A stretch of DNA of 47,301 bases from Octopus sinensis (GCF_006345805.1 NW_021835311.1:1-47301); one strand, 5' to 3'; shown: positions 23,269-35,300, counted from the stretch's first letter. Translations and numbers: made by a program. The notes: generated by a model from the sequence alone, not told the origin.

Positions 23269-23340
23269 ATATATATATAGCTACGTACACACACACATAC
23301 ACACACGTGTGTGTGCATGTGTGTGTGTGTATGCTTTTGT
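22340..23340. repeat. Long (TATG)/(GATA)/(CA)/(TA) microsatellite block
   Basis: Direct reading. Confidence 0.95.
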
Positions 23341-23698
23341 TTGTATTTGTGTTTGAATACGGCTTCGCATGTTTGTGCTTGTTCGTACACCATCTCCTTT
23401 TTTTAAGGAGGGGGGGTGTCCTTGTATATTTGCTCCCAAAATGTTTCCCCTGGAACCATATGAAAAAAAATAACAAACAAAAAAAGGGTAAAAACAAAAA
23501 CCAAATAAACAACAACAACAACAAAATTATTCCTTTGATATTTCTCCTTTTCTTTCCCTTTTTATCTCTGTATCACTCGCTCTCTCTCTCTCTCTCTTCT
23601 CTCTTTTCTCATTCCTTCATCTCTTCCTCTTTCTCGTCCCCCTCTCTCTCTCTCTCTCTCCCTCTCTCTCTCCCTACCACTTTTTCTTCTTCTTTCAC

Positions 23699-24078
23699 CT
23701 GTTATGTTAACTAATAACGCTTCTACAAAGACACGGTTATTGGAAACAGCATCGAAATCCATGAAGCGTAAAATCTGTGTTTCGCACGAGCTAAGAGACA
23801 CAGAACGGGGACTCCACCCCCAGCCCCTTCGGAACCCCCACATTCCCACAACCCCCCACATCGTCGGGAGTGGAAGGTTGGGTTACGGCGTGCACAAGAC
23901 CCGTTGGTTTGCATGTGTGCGGTGGAGGTGGCGGTGGAGGTGGCGCTGCAGGCAACAGTGGTTTGATGTTGTTGAAGATGATGCTGATGATGATGATGAC
24001 GGAATTCGTGCTGCTGGTGATGATGCTGATGATGATGGTAGTGATAGTTTTGCTGATTGTGTTGATTATACTACGGGT

Positions 24079-24159
<81 letters not shown>

Positions 24160-24900
24160 CTGGTATTGTTATTTTATTGTTGATGGTAGTGATGGTGGTG
24201 ATGGTGGTGGTGGTGATGGTGGTGGTGGCGATGGCGGCGGTAGTGGTGGTCCGCGTCGTCGTCGTCGTTGTCATGGTGGTAGAATTGATGACCCACCCAC
24301 CCGACCACTACCCACCCTTCCCTACCTCCGTTACTCTTTTCTCAATCACGCCACCAGACGTCGTTCTGAGACCAAACAATCGGTGTGAGGTTGAGGTGGG
24401 CATGTTGGGAAATGTATTTATCTATTTGTTTATCAATTTATTTATTTATTTAATGTAAAAAAATTCGGAGGAAAGTGAAGGGTGTGGTCCACAGCAGTGG
24501 GGGTGGGAGGTCGATGACTCGAAAAGGGGGGGAAAGAATAACTTCGGATTTTCTTTTTATTTATTTTTCATTTGTTTTGTTTTTTAATTTTATTTTCTCG
24601 CCCACCAGAAACTTTATTTCCTACACCGCTCCCCCTCGTCCCCACTCCACTCCTACCCAACATTCGTACGACGCACCCTCCCGCCGCCGCCGCCGCCAAC
24701 GGACGAAACTGGGACGCCAGACACGTGCTTGTGATCACCGCAGCTGAAACAGTTATCTACCCGTGGGTCGGTTAGATGAGCGACGAGGGAGATATGAGCA
24801 AAGAAGTAGATGTATTGTTTTTGTTAGGACTTGTGCTGTTGTTTTTTCGTGGGTTTTTTTTTTGTATTGAGGGTAGAGATTAAGACGGACGGGTGAGTTG
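23699..24900 (-). other. Possible first exon or 5' UTR of an unidentified minus-strand gene
   Basis: CpG-rich sequence without recognisable interspersed repeats, a candidate donor ACAG|GTGAAA after 23699, and a CCACCATG Kozak context at 24274. The last codons before the donor read MDFDAVSNNRVFVEALLVNIT. No recognisable homology. Confidence 0.3.
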
Positions 24901-24962
24901 TGAGCTTATATATATATATATATATGAAATTAAAGAAAACATTATTTATGTTGCTGTTGCAG

Positions 24963-25013
<51 letters not shown>

Positions 25014-25059
25014 GCATGCGTATATATACATGTATGTGTACGCGTGCGTGTGTGTGTGA

Positions 25060-25560
25060 TTTCTCTTTTACTTGCTTCCGTCATTAGACTGCGGCCTTGA
25101 CAAATTTTAGTCGAACCAATCGACTGCAGTACGTATTTTTTAAGTTTGGTACTTATTCTATCGGTGTCTGTTGCCGAACCGCAAAGTTACGGGGACGCAA
25201 ACAGAGCGATACCGATTGTGAAGCGGTGGTGAGGGACAAATACCGACACAAAGACGCACACACACACACACACACACATCAATATATATATATATAAAAC
25301 AGACACACGCGCATGACAAAGACTTTTCCATTCTTCCGGAGCGTCGAACTAATACGCCTGCTTGTTGTTCTTTCACTTGTCTCCGTCTTTTGTTTTCTGT
25401 AAATTTAAACTATACACACGCACACACACACACACGGGCTTCTTTGAGTTTTTTTTTTTCTACCAAATCCAATAACTAACAACACTTGCTTAAAGGTGCC
25501 ACGCAGTGGGTCTGAATCCAGGACCATATGGTTGAGAACTTATCACACGACCACGGCCAT
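25060..25560 (-). mobile_element. SINE S2 (tail 25060-25260, head 25435-25560) with a nested pLTR-like fragment
   Basis: Family motifs as above; the insert sits in the internal CA/TA microsatellite. Confidence 0.85.
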
Positions 25561-25751
25561 ATATATTATATATATATTATATATTATATAATATATATAT
25601 ATTATATATATATATATATATATCAGAGAGAGAGAGAGAGAGAGATAGAGAGTGAGCTTCTCTCCACAACTGTCCAACGAACAGAAACGTGAAACCCTGA
25701 CCTGAGTAACAGTCTTTTATGATAATTCTGCAGCTTTCATAGAAGTATATA

Positions 25752-25950
25752 CATATATATATAAAGTTAATCCAAACAAGAAAACACAATAAAACACAGC
25801 AACGCGAGGACGTGGAACAAATAAAGTATTATTGGACGCTCAGGAAAGAAGGAAAGAAGGAGGGCTTTACGTTTCGAGCGGAGCTCTTCTTCAGAAACAT
25901 AGGAAAAAGAAAGATCCCGAGAAGGGAAGACAGAGGAAAAAAATTGCTGG
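25752..25950 (-). mobile_element. pLTR-like repeat family C with canonical-core minimal hammerhead (25864-25898)
   Basis: The minus strand reads gttt-CTGAAGA-a-gagc-tcc-gctc-GAAAC-GT-A-aagc. Flanked by (TA)n. Confidence 0.75.
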
Positions 25951-25965
25951 CGGTGCTCACGAGGT

Positions 25966-25997
<32 letters not shown>

Positions 25998-26026
25998 GAT
26001 AGATAGATAGATAGATAGATGGATAA

Positions 26027-26093
<67 letters not shown>

Positions 26094-26200
26094 TAGATAT
26101 ATATATATTTACATATATATATATATATATAGAAATTCGGGGTGAGTACTTGATAATTGTAAGCACCTGTATATACCGTTTGGTGGTATAGGTGGTGGAG

Positions 26201-26382
26201 TAAATTAATCAAAATAAAAACATGATGCCAAGGATTCAGCGGTACATATGTTTCGAGCCTTTATTAGACGGATTTATAACAATGCATAATGTGTGTCTGT
26301 GGCCTTCTTCAGCCGCGCACAACTACTTGGCCCGAAACATATGTACCGCTGAATCCTTGGCATCATGTTTTTATTCTGATTA

Positions 26383-26387
<5 letters not shown>
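26201..26387. repeat. Inverted repeat (about 55-bp arms) overlapping a hammerhead motif
   Basis: 26201-26255 pairs with 26333-26387 with one mismatch; both arms contain GAAACATATGTACCGC. Confidence 0.95.
26239..26316 (-). ncRNA. Type I hammerhead motif
   Basis: gcgg-CTGAAGA-a-ggcc...ggctc-GAAAC-ATAT-GTA-ccgc, with the palindrome ACATATGT in helix III. Confidence 0.72.
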
Positions 26388-26431
<44 letters not shown>

Positions 26432-26654
26432 CATATATACTATATATACATATATGTATGTATATATATACAATATATATATATATATATGTATATAACA
26501 CATATATATATATATTTATATATATATATATTATATATAATATAATATATATATTATATATATATAATATATTATATATATATATATATATATAATATAT
26601 AATAATATATATATATATATTATATATATATATATATATATATGCACACACACA

Positions 26655-26879
26655 CACGAAGGGAAAACCCACTAAGTGCTTTCCAACACGCTAGAAATAG
26701 ACTTAAACCCCAAACCACGAAAGTTCGAAGTACGGGAGTGACTAATCACTTCTGAATTCTCTCAAATTGTCCCGCCCAACTTCATTCAACCTGCTAAAAC
26801 ATAAGTTTTTTCGTGGTTTGGAATTTAACTCCTATTTCTAGCGTGTGGGAAAAACAACTTAGTGGCTTTCACCTACGAG
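26655..26879. mobile_element. MITE-like element with about 65-bp imperfect TIRs
   Basis: ccactaagtgctttccaacacgctagaaatag...ccaaaccacgaaa matches the reverse complement of tttcgtggtttgg...ctatttctagcgtgtggg...acttagtgg. TA follows the right end. Confidence 0.75.
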
Positions 26880-27134
26880 TATAAATTATATAATAATATT
26901 TGCAGTCTACGGAGATTTTTACACGCGCTGACCACTGGTCAAAAATTAGTATTTAATTTTTACTCTACATTTGGAATGAATGATATATATACACATACAT
27001 ATATATACACGCGCACACACACGTGCACAGACAGATACTCTCCCTACATACGCACACAACTAATTACGTTTTATTTTCGGAATTTATTTTTGGGGAAGAT
27101 GGATCCACGATCAGCCATCAAAACTTTATCTGAA

Positions 27135-27488
27135 GTAAATATCATCACCATCATCAACACTATCGTCAATGCAACCAACACTAACATCATCATCACCATC
27201 ATCAACACCACCGTGACCATCATCATCGCAAAATGCCACCTGCATCGTCGTTGTCATCGTCGTCGCCATCATCACCATCACACCCACCATCATCCCCACT
27301 GTCGTCGTCATCATCATTATCATCATCATCATCATCATCATCGCGATAATCATCATCATCGTCATCATCATCATTATCGCCATCATCATCATCATCATCG
27401 TCATCATCATCATTATCGCCATCATCATCATCATTATCGCCATCATCATCATCATCATCATCATTATCATCATCATCATCATTATCGC

Positions 27489-27536
<48 letters not shown>

Positions 27537-27628
27537 TATCATCATCATCGCAATAATCATCATAACACTACCTTGACAACCACCACCATACCACCATCAT
27601 CATCATCATCATCACCACCACCACCACC

Positions 27629-27661
<33 letters not shown>

Positions 27662-27740
27662 CCCACCACCACCACCACCATCATCATCATCATCGTCATC
27701 ATCATCACCACCACCATCATCATCATCATCATCACCGTAG
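27135..27740. repeat. (CAT)n/(CAC)n trinucleotide tract
   Basis: Direct reading; source of the His/Pro-rich 292-aa ORF. Confidence 0.97.
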
Positions 27741-28524
27741 AATGTATGAGTGGTTTCGATTCCTACAGCCCCTTCCATCGCCACCTCAATATGAAATCCT
27801 GTCAAATTTCTAAAGCCCCCGTTTCTTTGACCCCTTTATTGCCTGTTCCGCACTCCTTAGCTAGGGAGGGAAGGCTAGGCTACAAAGTTACGTTTCCTCC
27901 CCCTTTTTTCTTCGGTTATACCGAGACTCCCTAACTGAGTCTGTCGTTTGGTGATGTCTGTTATGTGCGAACGTCACGCATGCATGTTTACGGGGGTCCT
28001 TGTTAATGTTCCCTTGTGTCGTAATGTCTCACACACAGACACATGTGTATGTGGTAGGTCCTCCTCGTTTTGTTTTCCGATTTTGTTTGAGTTTTATTTT
28101 ATTTTTGTGGCATCAGCTCTCTTAACTGCCAACCCCCCCCCCCCACACACACACACATACTTGTTTTTTTTCTTAACTATCAACAAGTCTGATGTTGCAT
28201 CTATTACGTGGTAGGTCCTTCTCTGACCCTTACATTTCTGAGGTCACCTTATAACATCAAAAACACTCTTGCAACTGTCAACATCCCCTAATGCTGCATG
28301 TGTAATGCGGTGGGTCCGTCTCTGACCCTTAGCAACACCATTATCTTTCATTGACAGGTGTTACGTTAAAACCCTTTGTGTTACAACTTTCTTAGTGGTG
28401 TGAATGTGTGTCTATATGTATGTATGTGTGTATGACTGTGTATGTGTGTGTGTGTGTGTGTGGTATTGTAGTGGTTGTGAGATTTTGTGTGATGTGTGTG
28501 TCTGTGTTATATTGAGATATCATA

Positions 28525-29790
28525 ATATCGCTTTCAAATTTTTGCACAAGGCCAGCAAGTAGGTGGAGAGGTTTGGTTGATTATTTCTACCCCAGTGTCC
28601 AACTAAGACTTATCTTAGCGACCCCGAAAGGATGAAAGGCAGAATGGATTTCAGCCGAACTTGAACTCAGAACATAAAGGTAGACGAAAAGCCGCTAAGC
28701 ATTTTGCCCAGCGTGCCAACCATTCTGTCAATATTGTAATATTGGAAGGCGGGAGGGAGCTGGCAGAAACGTTAGCACGCCGGGCGAAATGCGTAGCCGT
28801 ATTTTGTCTGCCGCTACATGCTGAGTTCAAATTCCGCCGAGGTCGACTTTGCCTTTCATCCTTTCGGGGTCGATTAGACAAGTACCAGTTACGCACTAGG
28901 GTCGATATAATCGACTTAATCCGTTTGTCTGTCCTTGTTTGTCCTCTCTGTTTTTAGCTCCTTGTGGGTAGTAAAGAAATAGGTATTTCGCTTGTCTTTA
29001 CATTCTGAGTTCAAATTCTGCCGAGGCCGACTTTGCCTTTCATCCTTTCGAGGTTGATAAAGTACCAGTTGCGATCTTATCAACTGGCCCCTCCCCCCAA
29101 ATTTTGGGGTTGATAAATTAAGTACCAGTTGTGTACTGTGGTCGATCTAATCGATTGGCCCCCTCCCCAAAAATTTTTAGGCTCTGTGCCTAGACTAGAA
29201 ATGAATACTGTAATATTGGTTAGTGCATCGAGCTGGCAGAACCTTTAACCCACTGGGTGAAATGCTTAGTGGCATTTCGTCCGTCTTTACATTCTGAGTT
29301 CAGATTTCGCCGAGGCAAAATGGGTTTCAAATTTTGGCTCAAGGCCAGCTACTGCATGGGGTTAAGTCGATTATTTCGACCCCAGTGCACAGCTGGTATT
29401 TATTTTATCGATTCCGAAAGGTAAAGTCGAGATCAAGAAGGAAGAAATGCCGCTAACCATTTTGTCCGGCGTGTGAACGATTCTGCCAGTTGATCGCCGG
29501 TCAATATTGTGATATTGAAATATAAAATTGTAACATTGAATTATGGAAATCTTGGAAATCAGGCAGGAAAAATATTCAAAATTAATTAACAATAAAAAAA
29601 TTTTCTAGTTTGCAAATATAAAATCTTAATATATTGTTCAATGTCTCTACCAGTTGCTATTTATTGATTTTAAATTTTGGCGGAAGGAATTTGAGGGGAG
29701 GGGGGCTAGTCGATTACGTCGACACCTAGTACTTATTTTTATCGATCCCGAAATGTCGAAAGGCAAAGTCAACTTCGGCATAATTTGAAC
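28525..29790. mobile_element. Cluster of at least five S1 SINE copies in both orientations, including a dimer at 28747-29210 (+)
   Basis: Repeated gagttcaaattccgccgaggtcgactttgcctttcatcc cores. Confidence 0.9.
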
Positions 29791-30494
29791 GTCAGTTGCT
29801 ATGTATTGTTATCGTTTACCTTTAAGTTCAATACTGATTCAAGAAAACAATCCCATAATGTTATTGTGTGATACTGGACGACATTGTTGCTATTTACTTG
29901 TTTGTATTTTTAAGGTGGAGTTAGAAACGGTCAGCTGGCATTGCCCTTTTAAAGGCACTTGAGTCGGGTATGAAGGTGAAAAACTGAGGTTATCATCAGA
30001 CCAAGTGATCTTGTCCATTTCCCCACCCACCCCCACCCCTAGGCAAAGAACGGTGAACAATTTTAATGTTGATTTCAATGTGTTCTGGTTACTGTTTTTT
30101 TTTCTCGCGGGTCGAGCGGTCACATGGCGACTCTTTCGAGACAGCTGGAAAAGAAATAAGAATGAAGGGATGAAGTTTTCCTCAAATCAGAGATCGGGCC
30201 CAAAACGTTGCAACAAACATAACTCTGCTAAAGGTCCCAAGAGCAAGATGGTCGATGCGTTATACCGGATGATGGCACTCGGGGACGCAGCGTTACAAAT
30301 TACGAAAGTGCTGAAGTCAATCCAATATACTTCAGTATTTGAGCTGATACATAAGTTTATAGATTTCGGAAGGACGAAATAAAGAGTAAATCATCGTACG
30401 AAATTTAATCTCGCGTTGCGGAAGGTAGTAACTAAATGAATTTTGTTCGTTGCTCTACCGATTCTACCAAATTCAGTCTAAATTTCAGATATTA

Positions 30495-30525
30495 GCGGCA
30501 CCTGTGGAACTGAAAGAAGCCCGTC

Positions 30526-30615
<90 letters not shown>

Positions 30616-30865
30616 TGTGTCTGTGTGTGTTTATGTCTGTGTGTGTGTGCGTTCGTGTGTTTGTGTTTTTGTGTTGTCCTCCACCATCATTTCACAACCG
30701 ATGTTGGTGTGTTTACGCCCCCGTAACCTAGCGATTCGGCAAATAGACCGATAGAATAAGTACTAGGCTTACAAAGAATATGTCCTGGGATTGATTTGTT
30801 CGACTAAAGGTGGTGCTCCAGCATTGCCGCTGTCAAATGACTGAAACAAATTAAAGAATAAAACT
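30495..30865 (+). mobile_element. SINE S2 (partial head, GT microsatellite, tail)
   Basis: gaactgaaagaagcccgtcgtat...ggtggtgctccagcattgccgctgtcaaatgactgaaac. Confidence 0.88.
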
Positions 30866-30998
30866 ATATATTTATATACACATACATACATATACGATGG
30901 GCTTCCACATTTACCGTCTTCCAAATTCACTCCCAAGGCATTACGCAAAATGCTGCACAGTGAGGTTAAACCCGAAACCCCGACCTGCTTTTTTAACG

Positions 30999-31216
30999 TT
31001 AACCCATTAAGTCCCCCTGTTCTATAAATAGGACACTAAATGAGAACATTAAATAAACTATATCACATTGTCTCGGTGTCCTATTTGTAGGACACCAAGT
31101 ATTTCCATTTCTACTTGAAGTAAAGGAGTTTTAATATTTATTTTTTTCATTTTAACCTCTTTTCAATTTAAAAGTAATATTCAGAAATTTAAGTACTCTG
31201 GGACTTAATGGGTTAA
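30999..31216. mobile_element. piggyBac-type MITE (210 bp) with TTAA target duplication
   Basis: TTAA(30999-31002)-CCCATTAAGTCCC ... GGGACTTAATGGG-TTAA(31213-31216), plus an internal 15-bp inverted repeat at 31022-31036 / 31076-31090. Confidence 0.88.
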
Positions 31217-31765
31217 CGTAACTTTCATTTATGTTAACATATTTCGAATCTTCTGCTCTATTCCATAGATTGAAATGAATGAATGTGTAACACTCGAACA
31301 CATATCGTGACAAGCAGAATAACATTATAAGCAAATTCTAAATCTGCGTGATTGGATTGAGGGACGGAGAGACAGAGAGGGGGGGGGGAAGAAAGGAGAG
31401 AGAGCGAGTGTGCATGGGGGTGGGGGTCATAGTCTATCTCCTCAGCTACAGTACTTACTGAGTGGGTATTTTATTTTATCCACCCCGGAAGGATGAAGCA
31501 AAATGTAGAAAACCTCCCAGTAGGTTTTGAAATCAGAATATAAAGGGACATAACTAAATACCCAAAAGACCTTTTGTTTTCCGCTCTACCGATTTTGGAT
31601 ACAGTGATGGCAGGGGCCACGTTAGTGCCGTGGCTATTGGGACTTTCTTGAAGATGTTGTGTGTGGTATTTTCAAGAATCGGGTTACAGATATTTTTTAT
31701 ACATACATTTCGAATAAGAAAGGTTATAAGTAAAGAGTAACAGCACTGTGTGTGTGTGTGGTGTG

Positions 31766-31796
<31 letters not shown>

Positions 31797-32065
31797 TGTG
31801 TGTGTGTGTTTCTGAGTGTGTGTGTGTGTGTGTAAACATTCGTGAGGTCTTGTATAATGTTCTGAATGTCTATGTTTATCTGTATTACTTCCTCGCATGT
31901 GTCTTATAAATATAAATAGATATATATACATACATACATATATATATATGTGTGTATATTTATATATATATATATTGTGTGTTGTGTGTGGTGTGTGTGT
32001 GTATGTATGTATGTATATATAATATATGTATATATATATACAATATGTATATATGATAATATACA

Positions 32066-32130
<65 letters not shown>

Positions 32131-32204
32131 TATATTGACGGCTATTATTTCCTTTTTACTATATTTTTAATTCGCAGCTGAATAAATGTAATTTCGAATT
32201 GGTT

Positions 32205-32415
32205 CAAATACCATCTCTTCTATAACTGGAAGGTGTTCAATTTTTTCTATCGTCCTCATGTCAACGGATGATGGTCTATTCCAAAGTGCGGGAAAATGTT
32301 CTCCCCAACACTTACGAATAGAAGCGCTGTCAGTCAGAAGAAAATGTCCATTTGTTGTTCTCACTGGAGCTATTGAAGAAGATTTGGGGACATATACCTC
32401 CTTATCGTAAGAGTA
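32205..32415 (-). mobile_element. RTE-clade LINE fragment (linker between endonuclease and RT)
   Basis: KEVYVPKSSSIAPVRTTNGHFLLTDSASIRKCWGEHFPALWNRPSSVD. Confidence 0.75.
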
Positions 32416-32474
32416 CGAACCCTTGGCATCATTTCCTTTTGCTCTATCAGTCCACCATTTCTTTTTAATTTCTA

Positions 32475-32860
32475 ATTTAATAATAAAGGATTGGAAAGAA
32501 AACATCTGCTTACCAATAGACATTGCAGTCCCTTCTGTCCAAATTATTGCCCAAAGGGAAATGGAGAAATTGTCAAAATACAAAGATCTCATGATTGAAG
32601 TATTCAAGATACAGAGTATGGCGGTGAAAACAATACCAGTAATAATTGGAGCGTTGGGTGTGTCACAAAAAAATTTTAAGTCGGAAGGGTAATATAGAAG
32701 CTATACTTAGACCATCAACACTACACATTGTCCGAAAATTAGTCCTGCTAAGAACAGCCCACACCCTACACAAGACACTACCATTTCAAGGGTACAACCC
32801 AAGCAAAAAACATCCACAAACACAATACACCCTCTATGCTGTAAATAAACAATAAAAATA
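32475..32860 (+). mobile_element. R4/Dong-like RLE-domain 3' fragment
   Basis: IIKDWKENICLPIDIAVP..EMEKLSKYKDLMIEV..IPVIIGALG, then LRTAHTLHKTL and an A-rich tail. Confidence 0.85.
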
Positions 32861-33079
32861 AACATCCAACAACATGCACAGACCGAATATCCAAGAGAAG
32901 AGCACAACTCGCATTACACACATAACACGGAATACAAACGCTGATACAACGAAAGAGTGCAGCCAAACCCTCAAAACACAACAAACGGATGCAACACAAT
33001 ACTGGGAAGAGTTTCCGCTCCCCCACCCTAGCAAAAGAACAAAAATCACGAATGTACACGTCAAGAATACGGAGGTGAG

Positions 33080-33497
33080 GTAGGGGAGGGAGGAGAAAGT
33101 TTCCCTAAAACTAGAAGGAGGAGGAAGAAGAAGGGGGAGGAGGGAGAAGAAGAAGGAGGAGGAGGAGAAGAAGGAGGAGAAGAAGGAGGAGGAGGGAGAA
33201 GAAGAAGGAGGAGGAGGAGAAGAAGGAGGAGGGGGAGGGAGAAGAAGGAGGAGGAGGAGAAGAAGGAGGAGGAGGAGAAGATGAAGAAGAAGAGGAGGAG
33301 GAGAAGAAGAGGAGGGGGAGGGAGAAGAAGAAGCAGGAGGAGGAGAAGAAGGAGGAGGAGGAGAAAGAAGACGGAGGAGGGGGAGGGAGAAGAAGAAGGA
33401 GGAGGAGGAGAGAAAGGAGGATGAGGAGAGAGAAGTGAAAGAAGAAGAAGAAAAGAGAAGAAAGAGAAGAAGAAGAAGAAGAAGAAGAAGAAGAAAA
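33080..33497. repeat. About 420-bp nearly pure purine (GGA/GAA)n tract
   Basis: Direct reading. Confidence 0.95.
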
Positions 33498-33755
33498 AAA
33501 TGGAGCATGAAAACAGTAATTGTTGCGTTGGGAACAGTAAGCAAAGGTGGGGACAAATGGCTTAAGGAGATTGGAATAGAATGCCCGGTAGAAAGTCTCT
33601 TAGGGACAGCAAGGATTATCAGGAGGGCCCTAAGCACTTGAAAGGCTGCTGAAAACTTCTGAATACCTAAGGTTACAGGTAGTAACCTGCTACCCACATG
33701 ATTCCTACCAGGAATAAGATCGAACCTGAGTCAAATCAGTAGTAATAATAATAAT
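33495..33755 (+). mobile_element. Second RLE-type LINE 3' end with TAA tail
   Basis: WSMKTVIVALGTVSKGGDKWLKEIGIECPVESLLGTARIIRRALST*, then a 3' UTR ending in gtaataataataat. Confidence 0.8.
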
Positions 33756-34709
33756 GTTAACAACAGCAACGATCTTTTCTTTATTGGCCACAAGGGCTGA
33801 ACATAAAACAAATAGCAACAATACGATGCAAGGGACAAGTGGGCCCTAGCCCTTCTCCCTTCTGCTACCAACCTGTTATGTGCATTCATCCTGCATCTTT
33901 TTTATTAACTATTTCTGTATAACTCTTATACTCTCTATCTCCCACTCTCTATACGACCTAAAGTGTGACTCGAAAATTCAACCAACCAACCAACCAACAT
34001 TATTTATATCGGTTATTACTGTAGAGACTTTTTCCTGAAGCCAAGTAAAGCACTCAAGCTGCTACACAAAGCAGTCAAATCTCCGTGAAACCTATTGACA
34101 AACATGAAAAACGACAATGGAACACCACAAGGCATTAATGAAGTCCTGCAAACATCCTGTTTGGAAAATATCGTTAAACAGCTTTGGTTAATCAGAGATG
34201 ATGCGGATTAAGCAACAATAACAGCAAAAGTTTTTTTTTCAATCATTCGATGCTGTTGTTTTTGTTTTTAGTTTTGTTGGGGCGAGGGACTTTTTTGTCT
34301 TTTTTTCACTGCTGTGACATCAGTTACACTCCAATTAGAAGATCGATACGGGTTTCAACAATGATCATTCCATTTTCTTTATAAAATAATGTTTCCAAGA
34401 CAAGAATCACTCAATCGGAAGGAATCTTTTCATGGACTCATCGTCCTAACAGCGTTTAAATTTTGCTTTCAGATGCAATAAATTTGATGTCTCTAAATTT
34501 GTGAATTTTTAAAAATATTATTCAATCATAATTTATTAAAAATTCAAAATTAGGAAACTATCATGAAGCTTTCGTGATTGTATTCCTTTTCCTTTTTTTC
34601 TTTCGTTTTTTCTCACTCTTTTGATTTAGCGATTGCATTCTTAATCCTGTTTCTTAGAAAATAATCTAATTCCTGAGAGTGTGTTTGGTTCTAGTGTTTA
34701 CCTCTTACA

Positions 34710-34925
34710 GTTTACTTGTTTCGGTCATTGGACAGCGACCATGCTGGCGCACCGCCTTGAAGGGTCTCCGCGAACGAATCGACCCCAGGACATTTTTTGA
34801 AACCTAGTATTTGTGCTAGCGACCTCTTTTGCGGAACCACTAAGTTCCAGGACGTAAACACACCAATACCGGTTGTCAAACGAAGGGGATGGGGCAAACA
34901 AAAAGCAAACACAACCACACATGCC
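34710..34925 (-). mobile_element. SINE S2 tail
   Basis: tttacttgtttcggtcattggacagcgaccatgctggcgcaccgcc... Confidence 0.85.
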
Positions 34926-34929
34926 GGTA

Positions 34930-35300
34930 TTGATTATTCTGTTGCTCAAACCCAATTAGTTTAGCTTTGTGCTGCTTCAGCTCTTCAATCGCAACATTTA
35001 GGCTTTTTCTATCAGCACCATACTTCGTCAGTTCTTCAAATTTACGACCATTTTTCAATTCTTTTTTTTTTCCCCTATGAAGCATTGAAACTGCACTATT
35101 CAGGGGGGTTATATTTTCTGATATTCTCCGTTTTCCCCAAGGTTGTTTATTTTCTATTCTTTCAAGTCAAGATTCTGTTTCAATCCCATCTTTTTCGCAA
35201 CAGCCCTACTGACAGCCTTGTTGAGGTTGTTTGTGAGATGTTCTTTGCTTCAATGTGTATCAATACGTTATTGATTTTACTTGCTTCTTGATTGAATCTC
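34930..35300 (-). mobile_element. R4/Dong-like N-terminal ORF fragment
   Basis: ASKINNVLIHIEAKNISQ/TNNLNKAVSRAVAKKMGLK, then QPWGKRRISENI..KSLNVAIEELKQHKAKLIGFEQQNNQYR. Confidence 0.72.

Noticed and set aside
26862-27740. 292-aa His/Pro/Ser-rich ORF
   Set aside because: It is a read-through of (CAT)n/(CAC)n with no non-repetitive domain or splice support.
29930-30004. Hammerhead halves GAAACGGTC and CTGATGA
   Set aside because: They lie on opposite strands and have no helix I.
30005-30382. 125-aa ORF in non-repeat sequence
   Set aside because: No recognisable motif, a low-complexity start and no convincing splice sites.
34876-35085. Apparent WHEP-domain (tRNA synthetase) helix AIEELKQHKAKL
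   Set aside because: The upstream PWGKRRI and TNNLNKAV motifs fit the N-terminal region of R4/Dong-like LINEs better.
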